The translations under genes and the position numbers were made by a program. A DNA stretch of 64,000 bases from Shigella phage Shfl2. The notes under the pieces were generated by a model. It was not told the DNA's origin and searched no databases. It worked only from the letters and a program-made list of their open reading frames with translations. This document shows, one piece after another, positions 31,088-43,116 of this stretch. Location: the sequence record HM035025. The stretch is one strand, 5' to 3'. Each line of letters starts with the position of its first letter. The first letter of the stretch is position 1.

Positions 31088-31437
31088 TTAGAAAGGTCCT
31101 GGATGTCTTCTGCGAACTTGTTGAAGGAGTTGTTGATTTGTTTTTCAACCAATCCTGGCTTATGAGCCACCACATCCGCCTTCTTTGCGTCTTTGCGCAG
31201 TTTTTCATTTTCACGCTCAATAGCAGCAATTGCCTCACGATTTTTATTATTCATCGCATCAATATAATTATACTGAATTCGCAAATTATTTAATGCTAAA
31301 GCGTTTTCATTGGCCGTTTTTGTAATTTCTACAACAGACGTTTCTAATCTTTCAATTTTATTTTTTAAAATTAAAGAAGTTCCGCCCAATGCAATTACAA
31401 TTAATAGCAAGCCTGCTGTCGTATTACTTAATTGCAT
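31084..31437 (-). CDS. Putative i-spanin (N-terminal TM anchor, coiled-coil periplasmic domain)
   Basis: 117 aa; hydrophobic N-terminus LLLIVIALGGTSLIL then charged helical sequence. Confidence 0.6.
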   Translation of the reverse strand: MQLSNTTAGLLLIVIALGGTSLILKNKIERLETSVVEITKTANENALALNNLRIQYNYIDAMNNKNREAIAAIERENEKLRKDAKKADVVAHKPGLVEKQINNSFNKFAEDIQDLSK

Positions 31438-31931
31438 AAAGTTTTAATAACCTCTATAATATCGTCTTGAGAAAGACCGTTAATTAAAATATGATGTTCA
31501 GCAGGAGATTTAGAAATTTTAAAGCATGCCTCAACATCTTCTGCCATATCTGATGCGCTACGATTTGGATTACTAATTCCAAGACGATGTTTTCCCGTCA
31601 AAGGATTAACGATGATATAGCATTTACAGTTGTTAATATGAACATTAGGTTGAGTTTGATTAATGAACACATCACAATCATATTTCGCAAGCTGATTTTC
31701 TAAAAAGACTTTCATCTCCTCAACTGCATCAGGAAGCATATCACGGGCTTGCTCAAGACGACGATTTCGATATTCTTTAATGGTCGTTTTCCGCTTGACT
31801 TGCTTAGCTAAATCTTTCTTAAGATCGGTGATATATCCAACTCGACGATTTCCTTTAAATACAGAAATCCCATCTGTAGTATCACCGTATGCTTCAACGA
31901 CCATTTCAGTAGTAATAAGCTGTAAATCCAT
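31428..31931 (-). CDS. alc: Alc (blocks host transcription on cytosine DNA)
   Basis: 167 aa from second ATG. Confidence 0.8.
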   Translation of the reverse strand: MDLQLITTEMVVEAYGDTTDGISVFKGNRRVGYITDLKKDLAKQVKRKTTIKEYRNRRLEQARDMLPDAVEEMKVFLENQLAKYDCDVFINQTQPNVHINNCKCYIIVNPLTGKHRLGISNPNRSASDMAEDVEACFKISKSPAEHHILINGLSQDDIIEVIKTLCN

Positions 31932-31944
31932 CATAAAGTCCTCA

Positions 31945-31995
31945 TGTTATGTCAGTAAGACTACTGTAACACAACACGAGGGACTTGTAAACAGC
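31945..31995 (-). promoter_or_regulatory. T4-type early promoter for alc (near-identical copy of 16085-16135)
   Basis: GTTTACAAGTCCCTCGTGTTGTGTTACAGTAGT on minus strand. Confidence 0.5.
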
Positions 31996-33583
<1,588 letters not shown>

Positions 33584-33589
33584 AATAAA

Positions 33590-33605
33590 ATGGGCCTTGC
33601 GGCCC
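33590..33605 (-). terminator. Hairpin between nrdB and denA (attenuator/terminator-like)
   Basis: GGGCC-UUGC-GGCCC hairpin followed by T-rich tract on minus strand. Confidence 0.4.
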
Positions 33606-33610
33606 ACTCC

Positions 33611-34780
33611 TTAAAAATATTTTTTAAAACTCATCATAACTTTATCATCAACATCATTATCAATCTGCGCAACAAGGTAAGATGACAGTTCTACTTCTTG
33701 CGGTGCAGATTGAACATTATCAGAATTAAGATATTCACGAATCCAAGGATACGGATGTTTAACCGGAGCATCAGTAATTGGGCATGGAAGACCGCACTGT
33801 TTCATACGAGATACAGTTAAGTAATCAATAAAGCTCCACATGCTATTTGTATTTAATCCAGGAACATCGCCATCTTTAAATAAATGAACTGCCCAGTCTT
33901 TTTCTTGACGGTTAACTTCCATGAAAATATCAACTGCTTCTTGTTCACATTCTTGGGCAATTTTAACCCATTCATCACCATCAGTGCCAAGTTGAAGTTG
34001 ACGAATAATATATTGGGTGCCTTTAAGGTGAAGCTGCTCATCACGTGCAATGAACTTCATAATCTTGGCATTACCTTCCATGATTTCCATGTTCTTATGG
34101 AAGTTAAAGGTACATGCGAAAGATACATAAAAACGAATAGCTTCCAATGCGTTGATTACGTGCAGGCAGAGGTAAAGAGATTTCATTAGTGCTCGTTTAG
34201 TACATTCAACAACTTTGCCTAACTCTTCTTTACGAAATCCTTCTGATAAAATTCCTTCATAATCTTCAACCGCATTCTGATATTCACGAGTCTTAACTAG
34301 AACATCATCGTAATAGCGACCAATGGACTCGGCACGTTTCATAATAGCTTTATCTAATACAATCTCGTCAAATACTTTTGACGGATCAGTATAAAGATTT
34401 CGCATGATATGAGTATATGAACGACTGTGAATAGTTTCACTAAAAGTCCATGTAGCAACCCATGTATCAAGACTTGGGTCTGAAATTAACGACATAAGTA
34501 CAGCAGACGGCGCACGACCCTGAATGCTATCCAAAAGTGATTGATACTTCAGGTTATTAGTAAAAATATCTTGCTGATATTGAGGAAGCTTGTTAAATTG
34601 TGCAGCATCCATCATCAAGTTTACTTCTTCAGGACGCCAGAAAAATGATAATTGCTTTTCGGTTAAATCTTCAAAAACTTTATGACGTTGAATATCATAA
34701 CGCGCAATACCGAGACCTGAACCGAAGAACATAGGTTCTTTTAAAACATCAACTGGATTTGTATTAAAAACTGTGCTCAT
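33611..34780 (-). CDS. nrdB: Ribonucleotide reductase small subunit, uninterrupted
   Basis: 389 aa continuous ORF; no intron. Confidence 0.9.
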   Translation of the reverse strand: MSTVFNTNPVDVLKEPMFFGSGLGIARYDIQRHKVFEDLTEKQLSFFWRPEEVNLMMDAAQFNKLPQYQQDIFTNNLKYQSLLDSIQGRAPSAVLMSLISDPSLDTWVATWTFSETIHSRSYTHIMRNLYTDPSKVFDEIVLDKAIMKRAESIGRYYDDVLVKTREYQNAVEDYEGILSEGFRKEELGKVVECTKRALMKSLYLCLHVINALEAIRFYVSFACTFNFHKNMEIMEGNAKIMKFIARDEQLHLKGTQYIIRQLQLGTDGDEWVKIAQECEQEAVDIFMEVNRQEKDWAVHLFKDGDVPGLNTNSMWSFIDYLTVSRMKQCGLPCPITDAPVKHPYPWIREYLNSDNVQSAPQEVELSSYLVAQIDNDVDDKVMMSFKKYF

Positions 34781-34831
34781 AAATTTTCCGCTTAGTTAAT
34801 AGATAGTGACTCGTCCGTGAGTCAAATTATA

Positions 34832-37096
34832 TCATAATTTACAGGATGAACAATCTTCAGCTTTTGGAGTTTCTATTTCATAATCATCAGTACCAGAACC
34901 ATCGCGGGTATTATGATAATAGAAATTTTTTCCGCCAAAATACCAAAAATACAAAAGGTCATCAATCATTATTGACATTGGAACCTTTCCTTTTGGAAAA
35001 ATCTGCGGGTCATAATATGTATTTGCTGAAGCTGATTGACATACCCATTTAAGCATAATAGCTACCTGCGTAAGATAAGGTTTATTACCTTTCTTAGCTA
35101 ATTTCCACGTATAATCATAGAGGTCTATGTTATGCTCAATATTGGGCACGACTTGATTAAAGGAACCCTCTTTTGATTCTTTAACAGAGACTGGTCCACG
35201 TGGAGGCTCGATACCGTTTGTACTGTTAGAAACTTGGGAAGATGACTCACATGGCATAAGTGCTGATAATGTGCTATTACGGATGCCAAAGAGCTTAAGG
35301 TCTTCCCGCAGCGACGACCAGTCACAAACGTATTTTGGAGCTGCGATTTGGTCAATCTTTTTATTGTACCAGTCGATAGGTAATTCGCCTCGAGACCAAC
35401 GAGTGTCTGAATAATATTCGCAAGGTCCTTTTTCTTTGGCGAGCTTAATGGATGCTTTAATGAGTCCATACTGTAATCTCTCAAATAGCTCATGTGTTAA
35501 ATCGTTAGCGTCTTCATAAGAAGCAAAATTACTTGCCAGCCAAGCTGCATAGTTAGTAACACCTACACCGAGATTTCGACGCTTTTTAGCTTTTTCTGCT
35601 TCAGGAACTGGATATCCTTGGTAGTCCAAAAGATTATCAAGAGCACGAACTTGAACTTCTGCCAATTCATTAATTTTATCTTGGTCTTGCCAATCAAAGT
35701 TATCTAACACAAATGCAGATAACGTACACAATCCAATTTCAGCATCAGGACTATTCACGTCATTTGTTGGAATAGCAATTTCACAACACAAGTTGCTCTG
35801 ACGAATAGGTGCCTTTTCACGAATAAATGGAGTATAGTTATTCGTATTATCAATGAACTGTACATAAATCCTTGCTGTTCCTGAGCGTTCAGTCATTAGC
35901 AATTCAAACAGTTCACGGGCTTTAATACGCTTTTTACGAATATTAGGGTCTTTTTCTGCGGCTTCATATAATTCACGGAAACGGTCTTGGTCTTTAAAAT
36001 AAGAATAATAAAGCTCACCACCCATTTCATGTGGACTGAACAAAGTAATGTAGTCGTTCTTTCCAAAACGTTCCATCATTAGGTCATTCAGTTGAACGCC
36101 ATAATCCATATGACGAATACGGTTTTCTTCTACGCCTTTGTTATTTTTCAAAACGAGAAGATTTTCAACTTCCAAATGCCAAATAGGATAATAAGCAGTA
36201 GCAGCGCCGCCACGAATTCCACCCTGTGAGCATGATTTAACAGCAGTCTGAAAATGTTTCCAAAAAGGAATAACACCAGTATGACGTACTTCACCTGTAC
36301 CAATCTTAGAACCTTCGGCACGAATCATACCAACGTTAATACCAATTCCAGCGCGTTTGGAGATATATTCAACAATTGAAGCAGAAGCTTTGTTAATAGA
36401 CTTCAGCGAATCACCTGCTTCAATAACAACGCATGAACTAAACTGCCGAGTTGGAGTACGACAGCCAGCCATAATAGGAGTTGGTAATGAAATCTGTCGA
36501 GTAGATACCGCTTCATAAAAACGAATAACGTGTTTTAATCTATCAACAGGTTCATCTTGATGCAATGCCATTCCAATAGTCATAAATGCAAACTGTGGAG
36601 TTTCATAAATTTGACCAGTGGTTTTATCTTTAACGAGATATTTTTCTTTTAATTGCATCGCCCCGGAATAAGTAAATTCCATATCCCGCTCGTGCTTAAT
36701 TTTTGATTCTAAAAATGTAATTTCTTCTGCTGAATATTTTGACAGCAGTTCAGGGTCATATTTACCTTCATTTACACAGTAAGAAATATGGTCAATAAAT
36801 GAACGTGGTTCATATTGTCCGTAAACATGCTTACGAAGAGCAAACATTAAACAGCGAGCGGCTACGTATTGATAATCAGGCTCTTCAACTGAAATAGAAT
36901 TCGCAGCAGCCTTAATTACAATGGTTTGAATGTCATCAGTGGTCATTCCATCACGGAGATATGATTTAATATTTTCATATAATTCATAAGGATCTACAGA
37001 TGTTCCTTCGGCTGCCCAAGATAAAACTTTAATAATTTTTTGCGGGTCAAAGCTCTGAGAAACACCACTACTTTTGATAACATTAATTAATTGCAT
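34832..37096 (-). CDS. nrdA: Ribonucleotide reductase large subunit
   Basis: 754 aa as in T4 NrdA. Confidence 0.95.
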   Translation of the reverse strand: MQLINVIKSSGVSQSFDPQKIIKVLSWAAEGTSVDPYELYENIKSYLRDGMTTDDIQTIVIKAAANSISVEEPDYQYVAARCLMFALRKHVYGQYEPRSFIDHISYCVNEGKYDPELLSKYSAEEITFLESKIKHERDMEFTYSGAMQLKEKYLVKDKTTGQIYETPQFAFMTIGMALHQDEPVDRLKHVIRFYEAVSTRQISLPTPIMAGCRTPTRQFSSCVVIEAGDSLKSINKASASIVEYISKRAGIGINVGMIRAEGSKIGTGEVRHTGVIPFWKHFQTAVKSCSQGGIRGGAATAYYPIWHLEVENLLVLKNNKGVEENRIRHMDYGVQLNDLMMERFGKNDYITLFSPHEMGGELYYSYFKDQDRFRELYEAAEKDPNIRKKRIKARELFELLMTERSGTARIYVQFIDNTNNYTPFIREKAPIRQSNLCCEIAIPTNDVNSPDAEIGLCTLSAFVLDNFDWQDQDKINELAEVQVRALDNLLDYQGYPVPEAEKAKKRRNLGVGVTNYAAWLASNFASYEDANDLTHELFERLQYGLIKASIKLAKEKGPCEYYSDTRWSRGELPIDWYNKKIDQIAAPKYVCDWSSLREDLKLFGIRNSTLSALMPCESSSQVSNSTNGIEPPRGPVSVKESKEGSFNQVVPNIEHNIDLYDYTWKLAKKGNKPYLTQVAIMLKWVCQSASANTYYDPQIFPKGKVPMSIMIDDLLYFWYFGGKNFYYHNTRDGSGTDDYEIETPKAEDCSSCKL

Positions 37097-37413
37097 AAGT
37101 CCTCAACTTGAAAATCGTCTTTAAACAATCGGTTAACTATATGAGCTATTATATCACCATGACACGGCTTTGGTTTACATGTGCATCCTAGCCTCATTCC
37201 ACGTAAAGGCTCTAAATGTGCTTTAGTTATTTCTCCGGATTTAATTCGACGTATAAAATCTTTTTTGAATAATTCAATGGCAGCCTCCCGGCTGCCAGCA
37301 TCTTTACCGACGTAATTTCCCCAAAATGTACCACGGTGAATATTAACATCAAAGTCGGATTTATATTTATTCACTACCTGGCATAGACGGCCCGCGCGGT
37401 GATAATTCGTCAT
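37087..37413 (-). CDS. Hypothetical 108-aa protein with Cys/His motif (nrdA.1-like)
   Basis: C-terminal motif [13 protein letters not shown]. Confidence 0.5.
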   Translation of the reverse strand: MTNYHRAGRLCQVVNKYKSDFDVNIHRGTFWGNYVGKDAGSREAAIELFKKDFIRRIKSGEITKAHLEPLRGMRLGCTCKPKPCHGDIIAHIVNRLFKDDFQVEDLCN

Positions 37414-37642
37414 ATTGTTTTTCCGTTAAAACAGTAATATCATAGTAACAATCTGAAGAAGTTTTAACTGTAGAAATTTTATTATCAAAATACTCACGAG
37501 TCATTTTATGAGTATAATATTTTTTGCCATAAATGATAATAGGCTGTTCTGGTCCTGGAACTTCTAACTCGCTTGGATTAGGAAGTGTAAAAAGAACGAC
37601 ACCAGAAGTATCCTTAAATCGTAAAATCATATATCCTCTCAA
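37367..37642 (-). CDS. Hypothetical 91-aa protein (nrdA.2-like)
   Basis: ORF between td and nrdA. Confidence 0.45.
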   Translation of the reverse strand: MRGYMILRFKDTSGVVLFTLPNPSELEVPGPEQPIIIYGKKYYTHKMTREYFDNKISTVKTSSDCYYDITVLTEKQYDELSPRGPSMPGSE

Positions 37643-37653
37643 TTAAATTAAAA

Positions 37654-38514
37654 TTACACCGCCATCTTTCCTTTCAATACACCGTGGGACTGATAATCTT
37701 TGAGAACGAAATCCCGTGCTGTCATATATTCAGTTAACCAATACATTTGAGTTTCAGTATCGCATTGACTGAATCCATTAGGCCAATTAATACTGAGTTT
37801 GCATAGATCCATAGGAGTTCTATTTAATATCTCTTTGCATTGCTCAATATGGTTAGAATAAATGTGTGTATTACCACCCGAGAATACCAAATCGCCCGGA
37901 ACTAGTTCACACATGTCAGCAACAATATGCAAAAGAGCAGCATAACTCGCGATGTTAAATGGAAGACCGAGGAAAACATCTACCGAACGTTGATACCATT
38001 GGAGGTCAAGGTATCCGTTACGCACATTAAACTGATAGAACATATGACAAGGAGGTAATGCCATCTGCTTGAGTTCAACTGGATTCCATGCCGACACAAT
38101 TTGACGCCTATCGTTGGGAAATGTTTTAATACGATTAACAACTTCTACAATTTGATCTACACCACCAAAATCACGCCACTGTTTTCCGTAAATTGGACCA
38201 AGTTCACCGCTATGATAACCTAAGTCTTTGGCCTGGTTTTCGTAGTTTTCATCCCAAATTGTTTTTCCTGCAATTAAAGATCCATGAGTACGTTGACGTA
38301 AATCATTTACGTTAGTACTTCCTGATAAGAACCACAACAACTCAGAAATACATGCATTCCAGGCGAGCTTCTTAGTCGTTACTGCAGGAAAACCTTTAGT
38401 TAAATCCCAGCGTAATTTAGTACCGAACAAAGCAATTGTTCCTGTGCCTGTTCGGTCATCAGTTTCATAGCCATTTTCAAAAATGTCTTTAATTAAATCT
38501 TGGTATTGTTTCAT
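37654..38514 (-). CDS. td: Thymidylate synthase, uninterrupted
   Basis: 286 aa continuous; N-terminus MKQYQDLIKDIFENG; no intron. Confidence 0.95.
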   Translation of the reverse strand: MKQYQDLIKDIFENGYETDDRTGTGTIALFGTKLRWDLTKGFPAVTTKKLAWNACISELLWFLSGSTNVNDLRQRTHGSLIAGKTIWDENYENQAKDLGYHSGELGPIYGKQWRDFGGVDQIVEVVNRIKTFPNDRRQIVSAWNPVELKQMALPPCHMFYQFNVRNGYLDLQWYQRSVDVFLGLPFNIASYAALLHIVADMCELVPGDLVFSGGNTHIYSNHIEQCKEILNRTPMDLCKLSINWPNGFSQCDTETQMYWLTEYMTARDFVLKDYQSHGVLKGKMAV

Positions 38515-38558
38515 TTAGTACCTTATATAAATTATAATACATTTTATGAAGCTAATAA

Positions 38559-38906
38559 TCAATACGGTTTAGCATCAAATTTTCTTTCGATTTCAGGAGT
38601 GAAATATAATTCTTTACCACGTTTGGAAAAACGACCAATAATATGATAATTATTCTCATCAAACGTGATATTACCAATATCCATAGCTTTCAACCAAATA
38701 TCGATATTTCTATCTAGTTTTATATCAAAATTCCAATACGGAGAACTATTACCAAAAATACTACAAGCGGATTCAGTGAAACAACTGCTATAAATCTTGT
38801 CTTTAGGAACTACTAATTGATAGACGCCTTTAATAAACTGAGGACCCTGCCATTTTGGTTGTTTCGCGTCTTTTTCTAATAGAATAGGGTAATAATTAAA
38901 ATTCAT
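38559..38906 (-). CDS. Unassigned ORF inserted between frd and td (about 115 aa from ATG; 119 aa from GTG)
   Basis: ORF with no motif I recognise, occupying a junction where T4 frd and td overlap. Confidence 0.55.
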   Translation of the reverse strand: MNFNYYPILLEKDAKQPKWQGPQFIKGVYQLVVPKDKIYSSCFTESACSIFGNSSPYWNFDIKLDRNIDIWLKAMDIGNITFDENNYHIIGRFSKRGKELYFTPEIERKFDAKPY

Positions 38907-38926
38907 ATTTTCCGCCACGTGTTATT

Positions 38927-39756
<830 letters not shown>

Positions 39757-39766
39757 ATTATTTTCC

Positions 39767-40009
39767 TCAAACAGACTTTTTCACAATTTTCCAATCAGCT
39801 TTAAACTGTTCAACGTCAGAATGGTAAATCCAGAATCCTGCGCTTTCTCCATCCTCATAAAGAGGGCATCCATCACATCCATCTTCCCATCCCATACCAC
39901 GTAAAAGATGTTCAGCTTTTTCAACAAGTTCAGAATCTTTACCGATAATATTAAAATACCATTTACCTCTAACTTCTGAATCTTTGATGCTCTGGCGTTG
40001 TAATCTCAT
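39767..40009 (-). CDS. Hypothetical about 80-aa Cys-rich protein (frd.2-like)
   Basis: Internal ATG with GGAG SD downstream of an early promoter at about 40025-40065; track ORF over-extended to 40105. Confidence 0.45.
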   Translation of the reverse strand: MRLQRQSIKDSEVRGKWYFNIIGKDSELVEKAEHLLRGMGWEDGCDGCPLYEDGESAGFWIYHSDVEQFKADWKIVKKSV

Positions 40010-40064
40010 TTTTATTCTCCTTAGTTGATAGGGTAATAGTATCACACTACTACCCTTCTGTAAA

Positions 40065-40445
40065 CTACTTTTTGAAAGTTTTTCGCAAAAGTTCAATAAT
40101 TTCATCTACATTGTTTTCGTCTACAATGCAGTGAATTTTTGTTACGCCAGAAACCAGGTCTTTGACTTCATCTTTTTCAGAAGTCGGTTCTTTATACTCA
40201 CGAAAACAATGAAATTCGTCTTCGCAAATTTCTAAAAGTCTATCTTTGAGGTAAAAATGCTTTCCATTTGCGCATTCAATGTGTTTTACTGCTTTATATC
40301 CATTAGCGACGGAAACTTCTTTAACTTCAAACCATCCGCCATTATCTCGAATAGCTTTAACGATTGATGAATTAGAACGTGGGCTATAATTAATAAATGT
40401 ATCAATAAGTCTTGGAACAAGTTCATACTTTTTGCCAATATACAT
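40065..40445 (-). CDS. Hypothetical 126-aa protein (frd.3-like)
   Basis: ORF downstream of gene 32 region. Confidence 0.45.
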   Translation of the reverse strand: MYIGKKYELVPRLIDTFINYSPRSNSSIVKAIRDNGGWFEVKEVSVANGYKAVKHIECANGKHFYLKDRLLEICEDEFHCFREYKEPTSEKDEVKDLVSGVTKIHCIVDENNVDEIIELLRKTFKK

Positions 40446-40488
40446 TACGTTTCCTCATTTTAATAGGGGCTTGATAGCCCCTTGATAA

Positions 40489-40719
40489 TTATTGTTCAAT
40501 CAGTCCCATGTAAAATTCTGCGTCTTCAGAATCCATGCCATCACAATATTCATTAGCCATAAAGCGGGTGAGGTCTTCAAGAGGACCTTCAATGACAATA
40601 GAAAAATTGCAATAATTGGGATCATCGTGAATACTTGTGATACTAAGTTCAGGATAACGATTACGAATAATTTCTTCGATATATTCAAAATCAACGATGT
40701 CAATATCAACTTTAGCCAT
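40489..40719 (-). CDS. Hypothetical acidic about 77-aa protein
   Basis: ATG with AGAGGA SD directly downstream of early promoter. Confidence 0.4.
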   Translation of the reverse strand: MAKVDIDIVDFEYIEEIIRNRYPELSITSIHDDPNYCNFSIVIEGPLEDLTRFMANEYCDGMDSEDAEFYMGLIEQ

Positions 40720-40740
40720 ATTATTTTCCTCTTTAATCAT

Positions 40741-40800
40741 CAGCAGTATTGCCGATAGTTGTATAGTACCATGGAAGGACAAGGATGTAAACCGTTTTGT
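40741..40800 (-). promoter_or_regulatory. T4-type early promoter
   Basis: GTTTAC -35 and GGTACTATACAAC -10 region on minus strand; A/T-rich upstream element. Confidence 0.5.
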
Positions 40801-40804
40801 GAAA

Positions 40805-40842
40805 AAATTTTTGAAATAAAAAAGGGGACCTCTAGGGTCCCC
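40805..40842 (-). terminator. Gene 32 rho-independent terminator
   Basis: GGGGACC-CUAGA-GGUCCCC hairpin followed by UUUUUUAUUU on minus strand, 20 nt after gene 32 stop. Confidence 0.7.
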
Positions 40843-40864
40843 AATTAATTAATAATATAATCTA

Positions 40865-41773
40865 TTAAAGGTCATTCAAAAGGTCATCCAGGTCCGTGTC
40901 ATCAGCACTAGATGAACTGCCAGAGCTTGAGCTCATAAAATCATCTTCAGTTTTTGTATTGAAGTCATCAACATTGAATGCATCCAAATCATCAGCAACT
41001 TTATCAGCTTTCTTAGCAGCAGTTGCAGCGGCACCGCCCATCACAGCAGTTCCCATAACTTGACCGAATTTAGTATTCAGTTCTTCAAACGATTTGAATT
41101 TATCTTTAGAAGTCATTTCAGAAAGGTCAACCATTTGTTCGAACAGTTCTTTCTGGAAAGATTCATCATCAATGTTTGGAATCGCGGATTGATTCAGGAA
41201 TTTAGATTCATCGTAGTTACTAAAACCAGAAACTTGTTTAACTTTCAGTACAAAGTTAGCACCTTCCCACGGACAAGTTACATCAACCGGAGTTTCACCC
41301 ATTTCAACATCAACCGCAATCATCGCGTTGATTTTATCCCAGATTTTCTTACCGAAACGATATTTAAATACTTTACCTTCGTTTTCTGGAGCAGCTGGGT
41401 CTTTTACTACAAGAATGTTAGCCCAGTAAGAAGTTTTACGTTTAACAAGGCTGTACTCTTTATTGTCAGTGTTGTACAGATCATTTTTACTAATGTATTG
41501 ACATACTGGACAAGAATCGTAATCACCGTGGGTAGATGAACAGTTTTCAATATACCATTTACCATTTTTCTTGAAACCGTGATTTACAAGAATTGCGAAT
41601 GGTGCTTGTTCATCATTTTTAGACGGAAGAAAACGAATTACTGCTTGACCGTTACCCGCATTGTCGAGTTTCAGTTTCCACTCGCCTTTATCTTCAGAAG
41701 AAAAACCACCTTTATTTCCAGCCAGTTTAGCCATTTGTGCAGCGAGTTCAGCAGTAGATTTACGTTTAAACAT
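40865..41773 (-). CDS. 32: Single-stranded DNA-binding protein gp32
   Basis: 302 aa; [18 protein letters not shown]-terminus; acidic Ser/Asp-rich C-tail. Confidence 0.95.
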   Translation of the reverse strand: MFKRKSTAELAAQMAKLAGNKGGFSSEDKGEWKLKLDNAGNGQAVIRFLPSKNDEQAPFAILVNHGFKKNGKWYIENCSSTHGDYDSCPVCQYISKNDLYNTDNKEYSLVKRKTSYWANILVVKDPAAPENEGKVFKYRFGKKIWDKINAMIAVDVEMGETPVDVTCPWEGANFVLKVKQVSGFSNYDESKFLNQSAIPNIDDESFQKELFEQMVDLSEMTSKDKFKSFEELNTKFGQVMGTAVMGGAAATAAKKADKVADDLDAFNVDDFNTKTEDDFMSSSSGSSSSADDTDLDDLLNDL

Positions 41774-41872
41774 TTTTATTTCCTTTTTAATTTAATTAAC
41801 AGTTGGTGCTATGACGATGTATGACCTCATAGCTGGTCAGTGAGATAATTATAATCTATTTATAATAAGCAA

Positions 41873-42526
41873 TTAATACTTGCAGGATTTCACAGTTTCA
41901 ATAAAAACTTTTTTAGCTTCCTGTGAATCAATATTTAAAATTTTTCTATAAGCCTTTAACTTTATAGAATAATTATTCCAAACTAAATTATCAGTCTGTT
42001 CATCATGTTTATCAATTATATTTAAAAACGAATCAAGCAAGATAAACGTCTCAAACGAAATTATGTTCGATTGCAGAAGTTTAAAAATATAACTTGATTG
42101 AACTTTTGGATTATACTCAAAGATTTCTTTAAAAGCAGAAACTTCAACTTTTTTACTAAAATAATAAATGTTGCGAATATCTTCTTCAAACTTAAATTTA
42201 ATTTGCTTTAAGCGTCCGATATATTCACGATAAAACACAAGTGCATCAGCGTCAGAGATGTCACCAATCCAAGCATCCTGGTTAGCAACCAGATTGCTTA
42301 TAAAGATTAAAGCAAGTTCCTTTAATTTATATTTTTCTGATAACTTCTGGAAAAAATACTTATCCCTTCGCTTTTGATAAGCGGCATCAGACACCCGCAT
42401 GCACCAATTATACTTAATTACATCATACTTTCCATTCATATGTTGTTTTATCATTAAGTATAATTTATAAACTGATTTACCATCAATGTATCTTTCACCA
42501 CCAGCAGGCATGCGGAGTTTAATCAT
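41873..42526 (-). CDS. 59: Helicase loader gp59
   Basis: 217 aa as in T4. Confidence 0.9.
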   Translation of the reverse strand: MIKLRMPAGGERYIDGKSVYKLYLMIKQHMNGKYDVIKYNWCMRVSDAAYQKRRDKYFFQKLSEKYKLKELALIFISNLVANQDAWIGDISDADALVFYREYIGRLKQIKFKFEEDIRNIYYFSKKVEVSAFKEIFEYNPKVQSSYIFKLLQSNIISFETFILLDSFLNIIDKHDEQTDNLVWNNYSIKLKAYRKILNIDSQEAKKVFIETVKSCKY

Positions 42527-42861
42527 AGCAGAAAGTCTAACGTATTCGTTTTTTCACATCTAACAACAGAAGGGCGTAAAAGATTTTCGTCAATAGCTTC
42601 TGACTGAATTTTTTCAATTATACCCGAAGGAATAAATTTAGCAAATTGAGTTTCAGGAATAGAGTTTTCTTCCAAGAATGCTGTTGTAGCTTCAAGATAA
42701 CTCATTCCAAACTCTTCTACCATTTTTTCAATAATAAATCCATTTTCTTGACGATCAAGAAGCTTTGCTATTTCATCCTTTTCTTTCTTAATTGAAAGTT
42801 CTTTTTCTGAAAGACCGGTCTCATCGACCGGGCGAATATCATTTAGAGAAAACTGTGTCAT
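42523..42861 (-). CDS. 33: Late transcription co-activator gp33
   Basis: 112 aa from internal ATG. Confidence 0.8.
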   Translation of the reverse strand: MTQFSLNDIRPVDETGLSEKELSIKKEKDEIAKLLDRQENGFIIEKMVEEFGMSYLEATTAFLEENSIPETQFAKFIPSGIIEKIQSEAIDENLLRPSVVRCEKTNTLDFLL

Positions 42862-43108
42862 AAAGTTCAACTACCTCTTCAGTTTCAGCTTCAAACACAT
42901 CACGGTTATCTTTATGATATAGAGCCAAAAGACGATTAAACATCTTGCCATCAACACCAAGTTCATCTTTGGCACGAATTCGAATATCTTTAATCAATTC
43001 ATTATAACCGGAAATTTTCAGTTTATGATCAGATGCTTCTTTAATAAATTTAGCCAAGTCTTCGCCATGGATAGCTTCATCAAATTCAACCATTTCTTTT
43101 TTAGCCAT
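42839..43108 (-). CDS. dsbA: dsDNA-binding protein DsbA (late transcription enhancer)
   Basis: 89 aa. Confidence 0.8.
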   Translation of the reverse strand: MAKKEMVEFDEAIHGEDLAKFIKEASDHKLKISGYNELIKDIRIRAKDELGVDGKMFNRLLALYHKDNRDVFEAETEEVVELYDTVFSK

Positions 43109-43116
43109 TATTCACC

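Noticed and set aside
37654-38514. Group I introns or intron-encoded endonucleases in td and nrdB
   Set aside because: Both genes translate as single uninterrupted ORFs of full expected length.
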